Shown here piece by piece: positions 33,103-45,474 of a stretch of 64,000 nucleotides of DNA. Position numbers and translations under genes: made by a program. The stretch comes from Zancudomyces culisetae HAW-14-8 (lineage: Eukaryota > Fungi > Kickxellomycota): positions 3,968,001-4,032,000 of the forward strand of contig JBNJNM010000011.1 in the NCBI GenBank assembly GCA_052426225.1, given 5' to 3'. Under the pieces are notes generated by a model. It made no database searches. It saw only the letters and a list, made by a program, of their open reading frames with translations, and was not told the origin of the DNA. Position 1 is the first letter of the stretch. Every line of letters begins with the position of its first letter.

Positions 33103-35407
33103 CAAGTGAGCTTTTCTACAAGCTGTTGCAAAGTATTGGGGTTTTCGAAATACTTGTCCATGTTAATGTGTAGTGTATGGTTTATACGGTGATCTGTAAT
33201 TCGGTTCTATATTGTAAAATGTATCCAACCAAGGGAATTAGATTTTTAGTTTATAGAAACAGGAAGTTGGGGAGGCAGGAAGGGAGGGAGGGAGTGATGG
33301 GTCTTTGATGTGTATTTACAATAGTGCTCTTGTAATAAAATAAGTTATATCTTTTATGTTTGGTATCAATAGTTTTTTACCTGTTGGAAATTATAAGTTC
33401 TGGTTTTTTCCGAGCGAGCACCTGTTCCTATCTATATATTCATAATTAAATATAAATGAGTGTATATTTTTTTTTTGTTTTTTTGGAAAATAAAGCAAAA
33501 AAAAAGAATGAATAAGAGGCAAGTACAGAAGCATCACGTATAGCAAGACATATAAATGCCCTCGTCCTCTTCCTCTTCCTCTTTCTTTATTCTTTATTCT
33601 TTATTCTTTACGTACCATTTGATTTCGAATATTCCTAACTTCTTGAACTGCTTGTTTTTGTTTCATGGCTCTCAACCTTACTAGCAAGACAGATAACGCC
33701 TTGTCCTTATTTCTAAACTGTGAACGTTCATCTTGATTTTCAACAACCAACCCGGTGGGTAAATGAGTAATTCGTACAGCACTGTCAGTGGTATTTACAT
33801 GTTGTCCGCCCTTCCCAGACGCACGAAAAGTGTCGATTCTCAAATCATTTGGATTTATAACAATATCATCAATATCGTCGTCATCTCCAAAACTGACCTT
33901 GTTTTTGGACTTTTGGTTCCTTTTCTGGCTTGATTTGGATTGGTTCTTTTTGGGTTTGGGTTTCTGAGGAATTATAGCAACCGTTACTGTGCTAGTGTGG
34001 ATTCGTCCCTGTGTCTCAGTTAGAGGAACACGTTGCACTCTATGTACTCCAGCCTCATACTTGAACTTTCCATACGGACCATCACTACCATCACTACCAG
34101 TATATTCACCATCACCATCATCATTTCCATTGTAGCCACCAAACCCTCTACCACCACCACCATCAGATGATTTAATTTCAACTACTGCCTCCTTTATCAT
34201 TCCACTTATGCTATCGCTACCACCATCACTAATACCACTGGTTCCACTGCCACTGCCACCAGTACTGATATTCCCCGAGGCCCTATCAGACATATTGGTT
34301 ACAGACAACACTTGGTACGAAAACCCATTCTTAGCACTGTATTTTTGGTAAAGTTGTAGTAGCTCACCAGCAAACAATGCAGCTTCACTACCACCGGTTC
34401 CAGGCCGGATTTCCAAAATTACATCCCAGTTATTGTTACCATCTTCACTGTCAGCGGTACTATTTTGCTGATACCTAATCATTTCGTTTATCAAATGTTG
34501 TTCAGTGGTTAGGATTTGGCTTATTGTACTGTTTATCTCCTGTAATGCCATTGCCTTCATTTCTTGGTCACTAGTTGAGCCACCATCATTACTTTCTTCA
34601 CAGTTATACAGTTCTACAAGTTCTCTATATTCTCCGATTTTTTCCTGTAGCTTGGTATACAAACTTGCTACTTTTCTAAATTCTTTTATTTGTCTATTTA
34701 TTTCTGTGTTTTCAAGAATTTCAGATTGAATATCGATTTCTTGATAATTTTCGTTTGATCCTTCAAGCTCCTGTTGTTCCTCTTGTTGTTGCAGGTTGTC
34801 GCTCTAAATATATATAAATATTTGGTGACGGTCAGTATATTATTATAATTATATAAATGAACCAAAGGGCGGGTAGGGGGGAAACTTAAAACTCAAAAAG
34901 TAATGAAATGGATAATCAGTTTTAAAAGAATTATGGATTAACCTTACACCAATTAGTCTGGCTTTCAAAGCATTGTACTTGTTTACTTTTTCCACAAGTT
35001 TTTCTTTAACTTGTTGAGGAATGTTGCTCTTGTAATACTGGTTCAAATACACTATTATAATTGTTTTATTTCATAAATTTTGTCGATTTAATCTGGGATT
35101 TAAAATTTAAAACCATGAAAAACAAGAGACATAGGGGTAAAGGTAAGGGTAAAGGTAATACAAGTAAAAGAATTTCTTCATACACAATAGAATTTTATAA
35201 CTTACATTCTGAATCGATAGTTTGTTTTACTTCGGTCGAATAACTATACCTACCATACTCTTTCAAAGTGGAATTTAAAAAGAATCTGTAAACAGCAAGC
35301 CGAGAATTACTTTGCAATCCCGTACCCGGAATTCTCATAGAAACGCCTTTTGCTTTCTGTGTGTAGTTGTACGAGAGTCTTGTGTTGAACGTGCTTAAAT
35401 GTCTCAT
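33072..35407 (-). CDS. MRF1: Mitochondrial class I peptide chain release factor (5 exons)
   Basis: Basic presequence-like N-terminus; [14 protein letters not shown]; [16 protein letters not shown] (PxT); [26 protein letters not shown]; spliced [12 protein letters not shown]|NRITDHRI. Confidence 0.9.
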
Positions 35408-35892
35408 TCTTTTGTTAAGTGTGTTATCGAAATTCTATTTTATTTTTTTTACTGGTTTTTTTTGATATTTACATCTTAGTTTTTTTTTGATCTGGACTTT
35501 GTTAGCAGAGCACAGAAAAAAAAATTGGCTAAAATAAAATATGTGGATCTTGGATGTTTTTTTCTTATAGTTCTGATACCAAGCAAAAAATTACTTTCGT
35601 ATTTGCTAGAACCAGAAGCCCCAAGTTACTTTATCATGTTTTATTATACTCAAAAGTTAATATAAATGTAAATATAAATATACACGTATTTTGTTATTAC
35701 AGTTTGTATTTGCAATAAACGAAGACAAATACATAGCAGTTGGATAAGATTAAGGGTAAAATAATAGTACGCTATATCAGATATAACAGAGGTGGAAATA
35801 TTCCAATTTTGAAGCCGCAATGAAGGAAAAAAAAAAAAACACCTAGCGTTAGGCATAAAAAATAGCTATTGTTGTTAACACGAGCTGTGCTA

Positions 35893-38800
35893 CTAATAAT
35901 AACCGTCATTGGTGTTTGAATTTCCAGTCTTCAAACCCCCGAAATTCATGTAAAGACCTGCTAGGTTAGTAGCACCAGTAGTATTGACCGAATCGACGGT
36001 CAAGTTTGTTGATGCAGTAGTAGTGGTGTTGGAGGCACCACGTCTTTTGCCGGCAACGAACTGATAGTTGCGACTGGTGTAGCTGTGAGCATCGACAGAA
36101 GCAACGCACAAGTTGTTCATGGCTAGCAACAATTCATTTTTGTTTCCATTAAAGATTTTCAACAGAGCATACAATACATAGGAACTCTGGCTGGAATCCA
36201 GAAATGGAACAGCTCTAATCGAGAGCTCCACGGTGCTTAAGGGGATAGAATCGGAAGTGCGAGTGATGATGCTGGTGTTGGCATCAATGGAAGTATTGAC
36301 CTTGATGTTTTTATTAATACCGAGACTATGATCAATACGTTTGTGGATGGTGAGGGAGTTGGGTGTCAGGTATTTTGAAATAGTATAGTAAATTATGGCA
36401 GCAAAAATCGTTGCATTTGTCAGATCTGAGGTGGCTGAGAACAAAAGCTGAGGGGTTAAGTCATTTGAATGAGCATTTGAATTAAGATGCGCAGTGTTTG
36501 GCGAGGATGCAGGGTTTTTAACAAGAATATTTTGGTTAAAAATGATATCTAGAGCAAGGAAAATGTTACAAGAAATAGCCAAATGAACCATAGAGGCGGA
36601 AATGGTTGATTTAAATGATGCTGAGTGCGAGGAATTCGAATCTTTCTTTTTCTTAGGATGCAAGATGTAGCAGGATAACTCCAGATACATCAGAAAGAGG
36701 CTTGTTAACTGATCGTGACCTTCATTTGCGGCAATATGGTTGTCGTCGTTGTAATTGATATTGATATTGTTATTGTTATTGTTCGACTCAGAGGTAAAGT
36801 CAGCTAGTTTTTGGCTGGTGCTGTAAAGTAGCTTGAAAATACGGTATGGGGCATTTGATGATAAGAACATTTGGAAGAGAGAAACATCATCAGATCTGTT
36901 GAATAGTAGATGTTTGTAAAATATAACAATCTGCTGTTTACAGTGGTAATCGTATCGATACCTAGACTTGTACCCGTGTGTAGATATACTGCAGTGGTCT
37001 TCACTTTCCAAAATATCAAGCAGTAAGGGATGGATACCCAGCATACTATATTTGATTTCAATTGAGCTATCATATCGACTAGATAAATATATCAACCGCA
37101 ACAAGTAGTAAAGTGTGGTTGAATCTCTACTGTTTCTGTTTCTGTTTCTTTCGCTTTCACCTCCATCGGTCTCAATGTTGTCGCCATTTCCACTGCTATT
37201 TTTTGATAACAGTTCAATCAACCCATCAAAAATGACTTGAATAAAGCAATCTATGATTGATGCCTCCGAATTTGGATTAGCTATTCCACTCAGTTGTGAA
37301 TCTGAATTTGAGTCTAAATACGAACTTGCTTTACTTGACTCCAGTGATATACCAATTCCCCTATGATTCTTGTTGCTATTAATACCATAACTGTCATTGT
37401 TGTTGGTATTGGTATTGGTATTGGTATTGGTATTGGTATTGTGTTCATGAATTTTGGATGTAAAAAAGCTTTCTAGTCTAATATAAACCGAACGAATACT
37501 CTTTTCGCCTGTTCTCAGTCCTAGTTCCAACTCTCTTGCCAATCCCAATAAAACGAGCAAATGTTGCTTTTGTTCCTTTGCCTCTCTCACATTCAACTCA
37601 CTCATATTATCACCCAATTCTTGTATTTCGTCTCCCTTTTGCTGTTCTTGACCCAACTCTAACTCTTGTTCTAGCTCCTCCTTTATACAAAATGACAGTT
37701 GGACATCACTAGCAATACTACTTCTGTTATTGTCACTGCTGGAGATGCTACTCCTGCTCTTATTGGTGGTATCACCATTGTTGATGTCCTTGGAACTTTT
37801 ATAATTATAACTATAACCATTAATTTGGTTATTCCCGCCTCTTCTACTCTCAAATAACGTCGATGGTGCCTTTGCTAACGTGTGACTCTCGTTCGCACTG
37901 GTTGAATATATTCCTTCAATAGTAGCATTACCCCCGTTATTGGTATTATTGATGCTTTGACCCAATGTACTCCTTTGAAACACTGTGCTTTTATCATTTC
38001 CACTTCCAGCTACACTCAATTGGCTAGCCATATTGGAATAGTCGGACCTGTTGTTTCCTGTAGAACCACTTTTGTAGCTATAGGTATGTGTTTGTTTTGA
38101 ACTTGTTCCAAAATTACTTCCTGACCTTTTCATCCGTAGCAACATGCTGGGCAAATTTAGCTCTCTTATCCCTTTACCCGTACTTTTACCACTTACTTTT
38201 CTACGTTGCGAAGCCCAGCTTAGCTTTTCCAGGTCACTAAAATCCGATTCCCAGTTCTCGCTCTCCTCCCTTTCTCGTTCTTTTTTACTAGAATAACTCT
38301 TATCATTCTCAGTATCGCCGTACCCATAGTCATTATTACTGCAAATATCACTATTTAAATCTTCATTTGTAGTAGAGGTAAAGCGTGGAATCGATGCCCT
38401 TCTGGAATGTGTTTTTTTCTCATGTGCACTCACAACATTAACATCTTTACTACCCTTATCACTTCTACCATCGTTTCTATCACTATCACTATAAACTTTG
38501 ACATTGCTGTTATTCCCGGAATTGTTTGCAGCATTATTTCCGTTACTATTATTACAGAAAACTATCCAAGGATGGCTCAAAAGTTGCGTTGCGGTTGCTC
38601 GCAATTTTGGGTCTCTCACAAAACATTTTTTTAAAAAACTCTGTAGAAGTGGAGATGCTTGTGGTGGAAACTCGGGGTGCTTGTTATTTACCATCTGAAA
38701 CAGTGCGGATGCAACCGACATTTTCTGGTATGGTGCTTGGCCCTCAATAAGCTGAATCACCGTACACCCCAAGCTCCAAATATCGGATGCTCGCGTCGCA

Positions 38801-39339
38801 CCATTCATTGTAATAACCTCGGGTGCCACCCAGTATGCTGATCCCGCCATTGTCACCCGCCCGTCTTTTAATCGTGATGTACCAAAATCTGATAGTTTAA
38901 CCTTTCCTGCCTTTGTTGTCAATAAATTGGCTGCCTTGATGTCGCGATGAATTATCTCTTTTTGATGCAAGTATTCCAGCCCTTTCAAAACCTGCTTCAT
39001 ATATACTCCCACCAACCTTTCTGAAATTTTACCTCCAAACTTTGTTATTATGTTTTGCAAGGACCCACCCTCGCAATACTCCAGTATTATATTTAGATTT
39101 TTTTCTGTCGCTTCATACCCAAAATACCCAACAATATTATCGTGGTCTAGAGTTTCAATCATTCTGATTTCCTGCTTTGCCACCTCTATGGATTCCTGAT
39201 TATCTTCATGGTCTATCCGTATCTGCTTTATAGCTACCACTCGACCATTTTCTATATCCAGCGCTTTGTATACGGATCCGAACGCTCCCCTCCCTATACA
39301 GTCTCCCAATTGATATCTGTTTAATATTAAACTACCCAT
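35893..39339 (-). CDS. STE-group Ser/Thr kinase, Cdc15/Cdc7(S. pombe)/SepH-like
   Basis: YQLGDCIGRGAFGSVYKALD, VAIKQI, HRDIKAANLL, DFG, GSAYWVAPE, SDIWSLGCTVIQL; long low-complexity C-terminal region with an (NT)n repeat near 37404-37440. Confidence 0.8.
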   Translation of the reverse strand: MGSLILNRYQLGDCIGRGAFGSVYKALDIENGRVVAIKQIRIDHEDNQESIEVAKQEIRMIETLDHDNIVGYFGYEATEKNLNIILEYCEGGSLQNIITKFGGKISERLVGVYMKQVLKGLEYLHQKEIIHRDIKAANLLTTKAGKVKLSDFGTSRLKDGRVTMAGSAYWVAPEVITMNGATRASDIWSLGCTVIQLIEGQAPYQKMSVASALFQMVNNKHPEFPPQASPLLQSFLKKCFVRDPKLRATATQLLSHPWIVFCNNSNGNNAANNSGNNSNVKVYSDSDRNDGRSDKGSKDVNVVSAHEKKTHSRRASIPRFTSTTNEDLNSDICSNNDYGYGDTENDKSYSSKKEREREESENWESDFSDLEKLSWASQRRKVSGKSTGKGIRELNLPSMLLRMKRSGSNFGTSSKQTHTYSYKSGSTGNNRSDYSNMASQLSVAGSGNDKSTVFQRSTLGQSINNTNNGGNATIEGIYSTSANESHTLAKAPSTLFESRRGGNNQINGYSYNYKSSKDINNGDTTNKSRSSISSSDNNRSSIASDVQLSFCIKEELEQELELGQEQQKGDEIQELGDNMSELNVREAKEQKQHLLVLLGLARELELGLRTGEKSIRSVYIRLESFFTSKIHEHNTNTNTNTNTNTNNNDSYGINSNKNHRGIGISLESSKASSYLDSNSDSQLSGIANPNSEASIIDCFIQVIFDGLIELLSKNSSGNGDNIETDGGESERNRNRNSRDSTTLYYLLRLIYLSSRYDSSIEIKYSMLGIHPLLLDILESEDHCSISTHGYKSRYRYDYHCKQQIVIFYKHLLFNRSDDVSLFQMFLSSNAPYRIFKLLYSTSQKLADFTSESNNNNNNININYNDDNHIAANEGHDQLTSLFLMYLELSCYILHPKKKKDSNSSHSASFKSTISASMVHLAISCNIFLALDIIFNQNILVKNPASSPNTAHLNSNAHSNDLTPQLLFSATSDLTNATIFAAIIYYTISKYLTPNSLTIHKRIDHSLGINKNIKVNTSIDANTSIITRTSDSIPLSTVELSIRAVPFLDSSQSSYVLYALLKIFNGNKNELLLAMNNLCVASVDAHSYTSRNYQFVAGKRRGASNTTTTASTNLTVDSVNTTGATNLAGLYMNFGGLKTGNSNTNDGYY

Positions 39340-42300
39340 ATATCTCCTCTTTTTTTCTTCTTTTGTTACTTTTTGAATGTTAACTGCACCTCTGCTAGCT
39401 GTAGAGAGGTTTGTTGCACTTGCGTCGATGAAACACTATAGAAATTCGTTGTAATCCAATCCTTTTAGCTTCTTGCCTTTGTGGTTGTGGTTGTACACTG
39501 AAAAAATAAATAGTATCTCTTATAAATTCGTATCTCTTTGAAGCGCGCTTTTGCTTAGCCCTTCTTCATTTCATAAATATTTACAATTTCTTTTTTTTAA
39601 CACCACCTCTGTCTTTACATTTACTGCTGCTATTACTGTTTATTTTATCTTTGCTTTTATAGGGCTATAATGGTGCGTCTTGTTTCTCTCTATTATAATA
39701 CTTTGAGTGCAAAGTTAGAGCTACCTAGATCTAAAGTAGTAATCGTAATTCGATTGTGTATACTCCTCTGTGATGTCTACACACAATGTGATAATCATAT
39801 GGCTCTGCCGTATCCTTTTTCTGGTTTCCCTCTTCTTTATTGTTTTGTTTTGATTCAACGTTCTTGTAGATTTCTATATACAATTCTTCTAGGGTAAGCT
39901 TAATTCCTGTTTAAATCAAGAGGGACAGCCAGTTTTCAAATAATTTAGTAAATAAGCATAGAGTGGTTTAAAAGATCAAAGTAAACACTTTTTTGCACAG
40001 TGTAGACTTTATATCAATGTTGCTTTGGCTATGAGCAGGATTATTTAAAGTTATAAAATTGTCTCACCAAGCTGTAATTGTTGTGATTTGGCTATATTCT
40101 GCCACATTAATATCCATTGCGTTACCGCAAATTCGTTTTATTTTTCATCCACTCACAGTCAGCTTTACCCTTTTTTTTTCAATTTAGTTTTGGTTCGGCT
40201 TTTAGATAATTATCAACGAAAAAAATGGACTCAATGGAAATATTTAATCATAAGAATCACATCACACCAATTTATCTTTTTTTGGCGTTAATATTTATAA
40301 TTTGCGTATTCTGTTTTTCTTAATTGTGCCTTTATTTGTGTTTTTGCCCCTTGTATCCACTTTTAGTTTACATTGCATTTGTAATAAACAAAAAAATAAT
40401 ACTAACAAAGGGAAAATGCAAGGTACATTGTTTGTATAAGTCTAAAACTATTTGTTGATAGTATTTTTGATTTCCTTTTTTATGGCTTCTTGTATTACAA
40501 CTGTGCCTTCGTTGCAATGTTGCGTTTACTTAATATTTTTTAAGGGAATCCAAACCGCTAACCAGGGCTTAAAATATAACTTTCTGGAAAAAACCTACCC
40601 AAGCCCTGCACAAAGCTCCTCTATTTTGATGTGTATCATAAAAAATAATCTGTCCTACTTTCTCGTAAGATGAAAATCCCGCCTTTGAATTGATTAGTGA
40701 ATTAATTTATTGCTCGGCCGCCAATTTTTGTCACCATGGGAAATCCATTAAAAATCTAAACAAAGGTAAGGATAAAAAGGGTTTTATTTAAGCTGCATTC
40801 CCTATACACTTTTACTCCCCCCCAATTTTCAATTCGTAAAAGATTTGAAATCATAGCAATTACACTTTCTGACATGGTTGCATGGAGATTTGCCGGTATA
40901 ATGCCTCCATCTCAACATTTTATTGCTTCGTTTTGCATTTCTACACCCTTAAACACCAACGTCATTCGATCTATCAGGTGTATTGCGACCTGAATAATCC
41001 GATATATCTGGTTTATGCACTTTATGTGGCGCTCGCTTGTGTGTTTGTTTTTTTGTCAATATCTAGACTCAATCCAAAATGAAACTTTTTAGAATTAATG
41101 TAGTGAGTGTTCTTTCAACAAAAGAGAGGAAAAAAAAAAGCACATGATGCAGATGCACTCAGCCCAGCTCAAGTGTTCGTCAAAAAAAAAATTTGCGCGT
41201 TGGTGGATTTACATTGCCTTATGAATTCCCGATGTTTTATCATTTTGAATCCTCCCAATCCATTGCAAAATCAAACCAGAAACTACAGTTTTTTGGATAT
41301 GTTGTCGAAATTACTTTCTTTTTATTGCCGATCTTTTGCGATAAACAGGTAAATTGCAAACCTACATGATTTTGGATTTTCCCTTCAACCCAAAAATAAA
41401 AAAGTAAAATATTTAACCAAGTAATGCCGCAATGCTACAACTTGTTGCAAAAAATTGTAGTAAAATGCTTTGCTATTTACACTTAGCAAATGTAGTATAT
41501 TGCGCCCTTTTATTATCTACATTTATGAGCATTAATGAGAATTTTGAACGCTTTCCTAATTTGAGGTTGAATTTTCACATCAACTATATCTTTCCACGGC
41601 GAATCAACTCGCCAAACTGGGGGAATGGTTCGTATATTAATTTGGTGACCTGCTAATTTGCATTTGGATTAGCTCAAATTTCTTTAATGTAATCATCTCC
41701 AACAACATTAAGGCATTTAGTAATATTTATTGCTCCCTTTGATACTATTTTCAGTACTTAAAATACTATTTAAACTCGATTCAGACAATATGCAACACGC
41801 TATACTAAACCTTTCTTAATATGACCTCTTTTCACCTATACAAGTTTTACCATAGATCTTTTGTTTGGATTTTCACAAATTGGTAAACCAGTAAATCAAC
41901 AATTAGAAAGTCGTCTTTGCTACATCACGTTTTACCCTTTTGTACTTTCTACTTACAGAGGAAGCAAAACAACGACATAAAATACTTTGTGAATCTCCTC
42001 CAGCTCTGGAAAACTCTTTGTTACGCTCTGCATTATAGAAAATCGCAGTTCATTTACATTTATATCTGAAATATATGCTCAGTTCGCGTCATACTTTCGC
42101 CACTCAGGCCTATACGAATCAAATATATTGTGTGTATTCAATTGAGCTCATCAGTTTAAAGATTCCTAAGTTGTAAAGCAACGTGACACATTTTACTTGC
42201 CTACGTGTATATATTACTCACATAACCATTTGCCAGTGTAGCTATAGAAGCAGAAATGTTTTCTATATCTTTATTTGCTCATAGTTCACTGCCTCTAATT

Positions 42301-44809
42301 AAGTCTGCTGTCTAAATTTTATATAGCCGCAATGAATAATAGTATATCTTATCTTTCAAATCTCCATCCTCCTCGCAATGAATAAAAGGGCGTGATCAAT
42401 CAATCCAAACTTTATTTGGAGTACCAAAAGCTACTTTTTAAAAGCTGACATTATCCAAACAAGGAGCCTAAGAACAAAAATTCCGTAATCTACTGTACAC
42501 AGAATGAATGTACAACATACCACATTCACATTTGTGTTAAAATATTGTGACCCTAAACAATATAATGTTGTACTATGATATTTAGGTGGTACTTTTGTTG
42601 TATTGTAACGATCCTACTACATTATTCCTGCTTTTTATACACGTCTACAAATTTTCAATTCAAATATTTTGATTAAAAATAATAATAAAAAGAGATGACA
42701 CTGGTCTGTTGGAGAATCACTATTAGGCATCGAGTCATAACACTTCGCTAAACTAAAACTTATCTCTATAAACTATAAAAATATTATAAAATAATTGTAC
42801 TCAAAGCATTTTTCTTTGTACATGTTAGAGCTGGTTCGTTAGGGTTATCACAAGTCGATGATCTTCTTCTAAGAGTTAAAACTTTGATACTTTGGTACAA
42901 TATTTATTCACATACTTTCTGATGTTCTGGTATGAACACTCTTTATAAAAATAAAGAAATATTTTCGAATGCATAGTGTGTAAATAATCCAAAATACGGA
43001 AGAGCAGAGGTCGGATAATAAGAACAAATGGTTAGAAAAGACGATTGTACCTGTTTACCTTCACGATGCAAAGCATGTAGTTTACCTCACATTTCCCCAG
43101 ATCCTACTGGAGATGCTTACACTTTCGTAAGTTCGCTGGTGCTCGGGGTCAGAATTTTTTTTTCAAAGAATAGAGAAAAAATATCTATTCATCATTTCTT
43201 ACGTGAATACGCACACTACGGTGTTGTTTCTTTATTCTCGATACATACTGTATCATTGAAAATGTTAAAAACCCATCTTCTCCGAATTTTGCCCATTAGC
43301 ATCTTATTCCGACAATTTTTAAGGTTTTTCTTTTTCCCCTTTTTAGCCTTCCTCTTGCTTCTCTCTGTATATATTGCATTTGTGCTCTGTTGTACAATCA
43401 ATCTTTGATAGGCTGAATTTGTGTAACATTAATCAAAGTGTAATTTCAACATCATTCACTAGAAATTTTTTAACTTGCTTCGTTTAGGCAAAAATAATAT
43501 ATTGAACTTTTTTAATTTCAAGGTCAAAATACGATGCTTCTACGAACCCTTAGGCAAACACAAAAAGCTAACAAATTACTACTCACGACTAAGGTTAAAT
43601 ATTCTATACATTAGATCTCAAAACATTTTTATTTTTCCTTCTCCCTTAGGGAGAACGAGGTTACATATTTAAATGAGTCAATGGTGGCTGCATCTAGGGG
43701 AAGTACGACCAGGGTTCAGTTGTAAAATGTAGGTGAAAAGTATCCATCAAAGACATGTTTTTATATCAACTCAAGCCATAATGAGCGCATATAGCGGCTG
43801 TGCTTATTTTGGATTACAGATCTAACTGCAAAAGCATTGATTCTTTTTTAATACTGACTTACTATATATTGAGAGCTAATAATATAACCAAGCAAAGCAA
43901 ACTAAAGCGCATCGATGGAGTTGCGACAGTGACAGAGCAAACAGATAATATTTAAAAAAAATGCTAGTAGGTCGAAATCCGGTGCTATTTATGTTTGCAG
44001 ATATAGTATCTTATATAGCAATATATGACAAGGTATCTAAATAAAGGCAGAAATAAAAACTAAAACTACACTCCCGATTTGTAACTACATGCATCCTTGT
44101 GCTATGTACTGTAGATATGGCACGTATTTCCTTTTCTTGTAATAAACAACTGAATAAAAGTATCTTGCCTCACATGGCATTTTACATATATATACATTTT
44201 CGTATTACTATATGTTGATACATGTCTTGTTAGCCGTATACTCGACTATATCCAAGTTCAAGTAGAGAGCACTTTTTTTTCCTAAAATTTCTTCAAAAAT
44301 ATGGTTGTTACTTTAATTATTTAGATAGAATCCTTTTTGTTAAACAAAGAAGGGCTGAACCTGTTATTCACTTTTTAAGCAGAAAAGCTATATACTAACA
44401 GTAGCGCAGCAATACCTGTTTATGTTTTGTATATTAAATGGTTTCTGCTTAAAAAAAATTGACCCGATGGTTAATTATTTAGATTCTCGATTCACTATTA
44501 AGTTAGTTTAACAAATAGATGACAAAAAGTGACACCTGGAAAGTGGTACTGTGCTCACTAACTCGATATCAAGATCAATATACCGTATATGCTATAATAG
44601 ACCGTGTAAATTAGATTTATTTTTATTCGTGTTTTTTAGTTATGTTAATCTTTGGCACTATTGGCTTAAAAAGAATAAAAGTAAATAAAAGAAAAATTTG
44701 AGAGTAAACAATCCAGAATGTCACTACCAGGTTAAAACAACCAAAATTCATACACCAAGGTTCTTATCGTTATACCGAAAGAAAGGAACAAGCAAAAGAG
44801 AAAGAGAAA

Positions 44810-45453
44810 ATGTCAGAAAAAATTGAACCAGGAACTACAGTATTTCCCGTCCAAAGAGTACGAAGAATCATCAAGACAGACAGAGAGGTAGAATTGGTGA
44901 CTGGAGAATCGGTTTTTTTAATTTCAAAAGCCACTGTAAGTCTTTGTCCATCAGTCCATTTAATCATATATATTAAGAATATGGTCGTACCACTACAGGA
45001 TTGCAAGTTAAGGGCTAAAATAACTAAATTAATGGGTGTGTGTGTGTGTGTATGTGGGGCGGGGTTATAGGAATTATTCGTAAAGTTTATGGCAACACAA
45101 AGTTTAGAGCATTGTAGAAAGGATAAGAGAAAAACAATTCAGTACAAGGACATATGTAAGATATTTGTTTATTTTCTTCTTTCTTTGGCTCACCCAAAAT
45201 CCGAATGCAACATTTGCGACAAGGATGCGAATAACAGTTTACATAAATAACAATTAGCGCGAAGCGTAGCCGGGTTGGATCAATACCACTTTTTATCAGG
45301 TATGGTTGGATACAAACACAATATTTATAATCTCAAGTTCATCAACACATTCGTTTTTAGAAAATGCTAAAAAGGTTATCAAACAATAAATACATAGACA
45401 TCGTGCCACAAACTCTAACACTGTACAAAAAAAAGGGGGACACTGAGGAGTAG
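44810..45453 (+). CDS. Histone-fold protein of the DPB3/POLE4/CHRAC15 type; exons 44810-44935, 45071-45155, 45258-45299, 45398-45453
   Basis: FPVQRVRRIIKTD...FLISKAT|ELFV...KRKTIQYKDI|S...YHFLS|DIVP; all introns GT-AG and in phase. Confidence 0.85.
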
Positions 45454-45474
45454 GTATCAAGAAAAGTACTGTAC

